Below, in pieces: positions 63,177-64,000 of a stretch of 64,000 nt of DNA. Position 1 is the first letter of the stretch; each line of letters begins with the position of its first letter. The DNA lies in the NCBI GenBank assembly GCA_009103225.1, contig RHPI01001715.1:516099-580098 (forward strand), in the 5' to 3' direction. The notes beneath the pieces were generated by a model. The model ran no database searches and had not been told where the DNA came from. It saw only the letters and a list, made by a program, of their open reading frames with translations. Origin of the DNA: Chlorokybus atmophyticus. Its lineage: Eukaryota; Plantae; Mesostigma and Chlorokybus algae. Made by a program: the position numbers and the translations under genes.

Positions 63177-63869
63177 TTATGCTATCACTGTCAGATACAT
63201 GGCCAGATACATGGCTACAGCAAACATAAAGGAAACGTGCTGACTGGCAGTCAGTGCAAGTGAATTGCTGGTTGTCTGCTCAGTGGGCGCCTCCTTGGGT
63301 GATACATCTTCTAGCTGGTGTGGTGGGATGCGTGGGACAACCTGCGGCCTGATGGGTACAGCTGGAGTGATTGGCGCAGTGGGGGCGTGACTAATACATA
63401 TGCGCTTGCTGTTCGGTTGGTTGGTATGTGAGGTAGCCTGACGGGTTCGCTGTTCACCAACATTGGCGGATTGCCCAATATGAAGCGGTCTTGCTGAGTC
63501 ATGACTCATGCTGATCTGCTTTGCTCGTAGCGCTTGCCTGAGGCTGTCAAGCACCACAAGGGCTTCCGTGGCGTTGGCCTGCAGCTCGTGGTCCTCACCG
63601 GCCTTGGCATGGTTGAGGACCTCCTCTATGCCGCGCAGGGTTTTATTCCACTCGCTGTTCACCTCCTCGGCATGCATCGCGGCAGCCGTGTCCCGTGCGG
63701 TGCCCTGTTCCAGGACTGTCTCAATGTACGGCAAGCCTTTGAGGAGGAGGAGTATCTGCGCCTTGTGACTGTACTCGCCATGCTTGTAACCAACCTCCCA
63801 CAGCACGTTTCTTATCTTTGTGACATCATCGACGCCCGACGCCTCAGCATGTTGCGCCATCTGTGGCAC
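63177..63869 (-). CDS. Hypothetical intronless ORF (230 aa), possibly frameshifted into 63171-62926
   Basis: Helical N-terminal half and a Pro-rich linker. No family recognised. Confidence 0.4.
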   Translation of the reverse strand: MPQMAQHAEASGVDDVTKIRNVLWEVGYKHGEYSHKAQILLLLKGLPYIETVLEQGTARDTAAAMHAEEVNSEWNKTLRGIEEVLNHAKAGEDHELQANATEALVVLDSLRQALRAKQISMSHDSARPLHIGQSANVGEQRTRQATSHTNQPNSKRICISHAPTAPITPAVPIRPQVVPRIPPHQLEDVSPKEAPTEQTTSNSLALTASQHVSFMFAVAMYLAMYLTVIA

Positions 63870-64000
63870 ATGGAAATCGTGTCAAGTCTTAAGTCTTAAG
63901 TCTCGGAGAATTACATATGCATAAGTGGATGGCTGAGCATATCTTGATCACGCTCAGCACACACACACAAACTTGCACTCACGCATACACGTGCCAACAG

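Noticed and set aside
1-64000. CRISPR arrays, rRNA genes and telomeric repeat tracts
   Set aside because: No regularly spaced repeat-spacer arrays, rRNA signatures or TTTAGGG-type arrays were seen.

Overview
Eukaryotic nuclear DNA from a flagellated green alga. It is intron-dense (GT-AG introns, short exons, TG/CA-rich introns) and uses the standard code. Flagellar genes, plant-type HDA5 and ZTL-like genes, and plastid-derived ndhK+cysA+chlB fragments together point by inference to an early-diverging streptophyte such as Mesostigma. Recognisable multi-exon genes are PKD2-like TRP channel (+), ADA2 (-), a putatively plastid-targeted MAPEG (+), Mis18-like (+), a ZTL/FKF1-type LOV protein (-), DNAAF1/ODA7 (+), a Raver-like 3-RRM protein (-), class II HDAC HDA5-like (+), HSPA12-like (-), a coiled-coil protein (+), an EcKL/APH-like kinase (-) and a membrane RING protein (-). 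An AT-rich block of about 12 kb (23.2-35.1 kb) contains decayed repeats and a scrambled nuclear plastid insertion (cysA, ndhK, psaB, psaA, trnS, chlB, trnL-like, psbM). A Ty3/gypsy chromovirus is inserted into the cysA relic, with a 5-bp TSD (CTATG). The most unusual observations are: (1) a LOV + F-box-like protein apparently lacking Kelch repeats; (2) the chromovirus is chimeric, with an internal PPT-79-bp mini-LTR-second PBS cassette; (3) a ~1 kb unexplained tract rich in palindromes with 1-nt spacers; (4) a Raver-type RRM protein in an alga. All gene models and homologies were inferred by eye from motifs; no searches were run.
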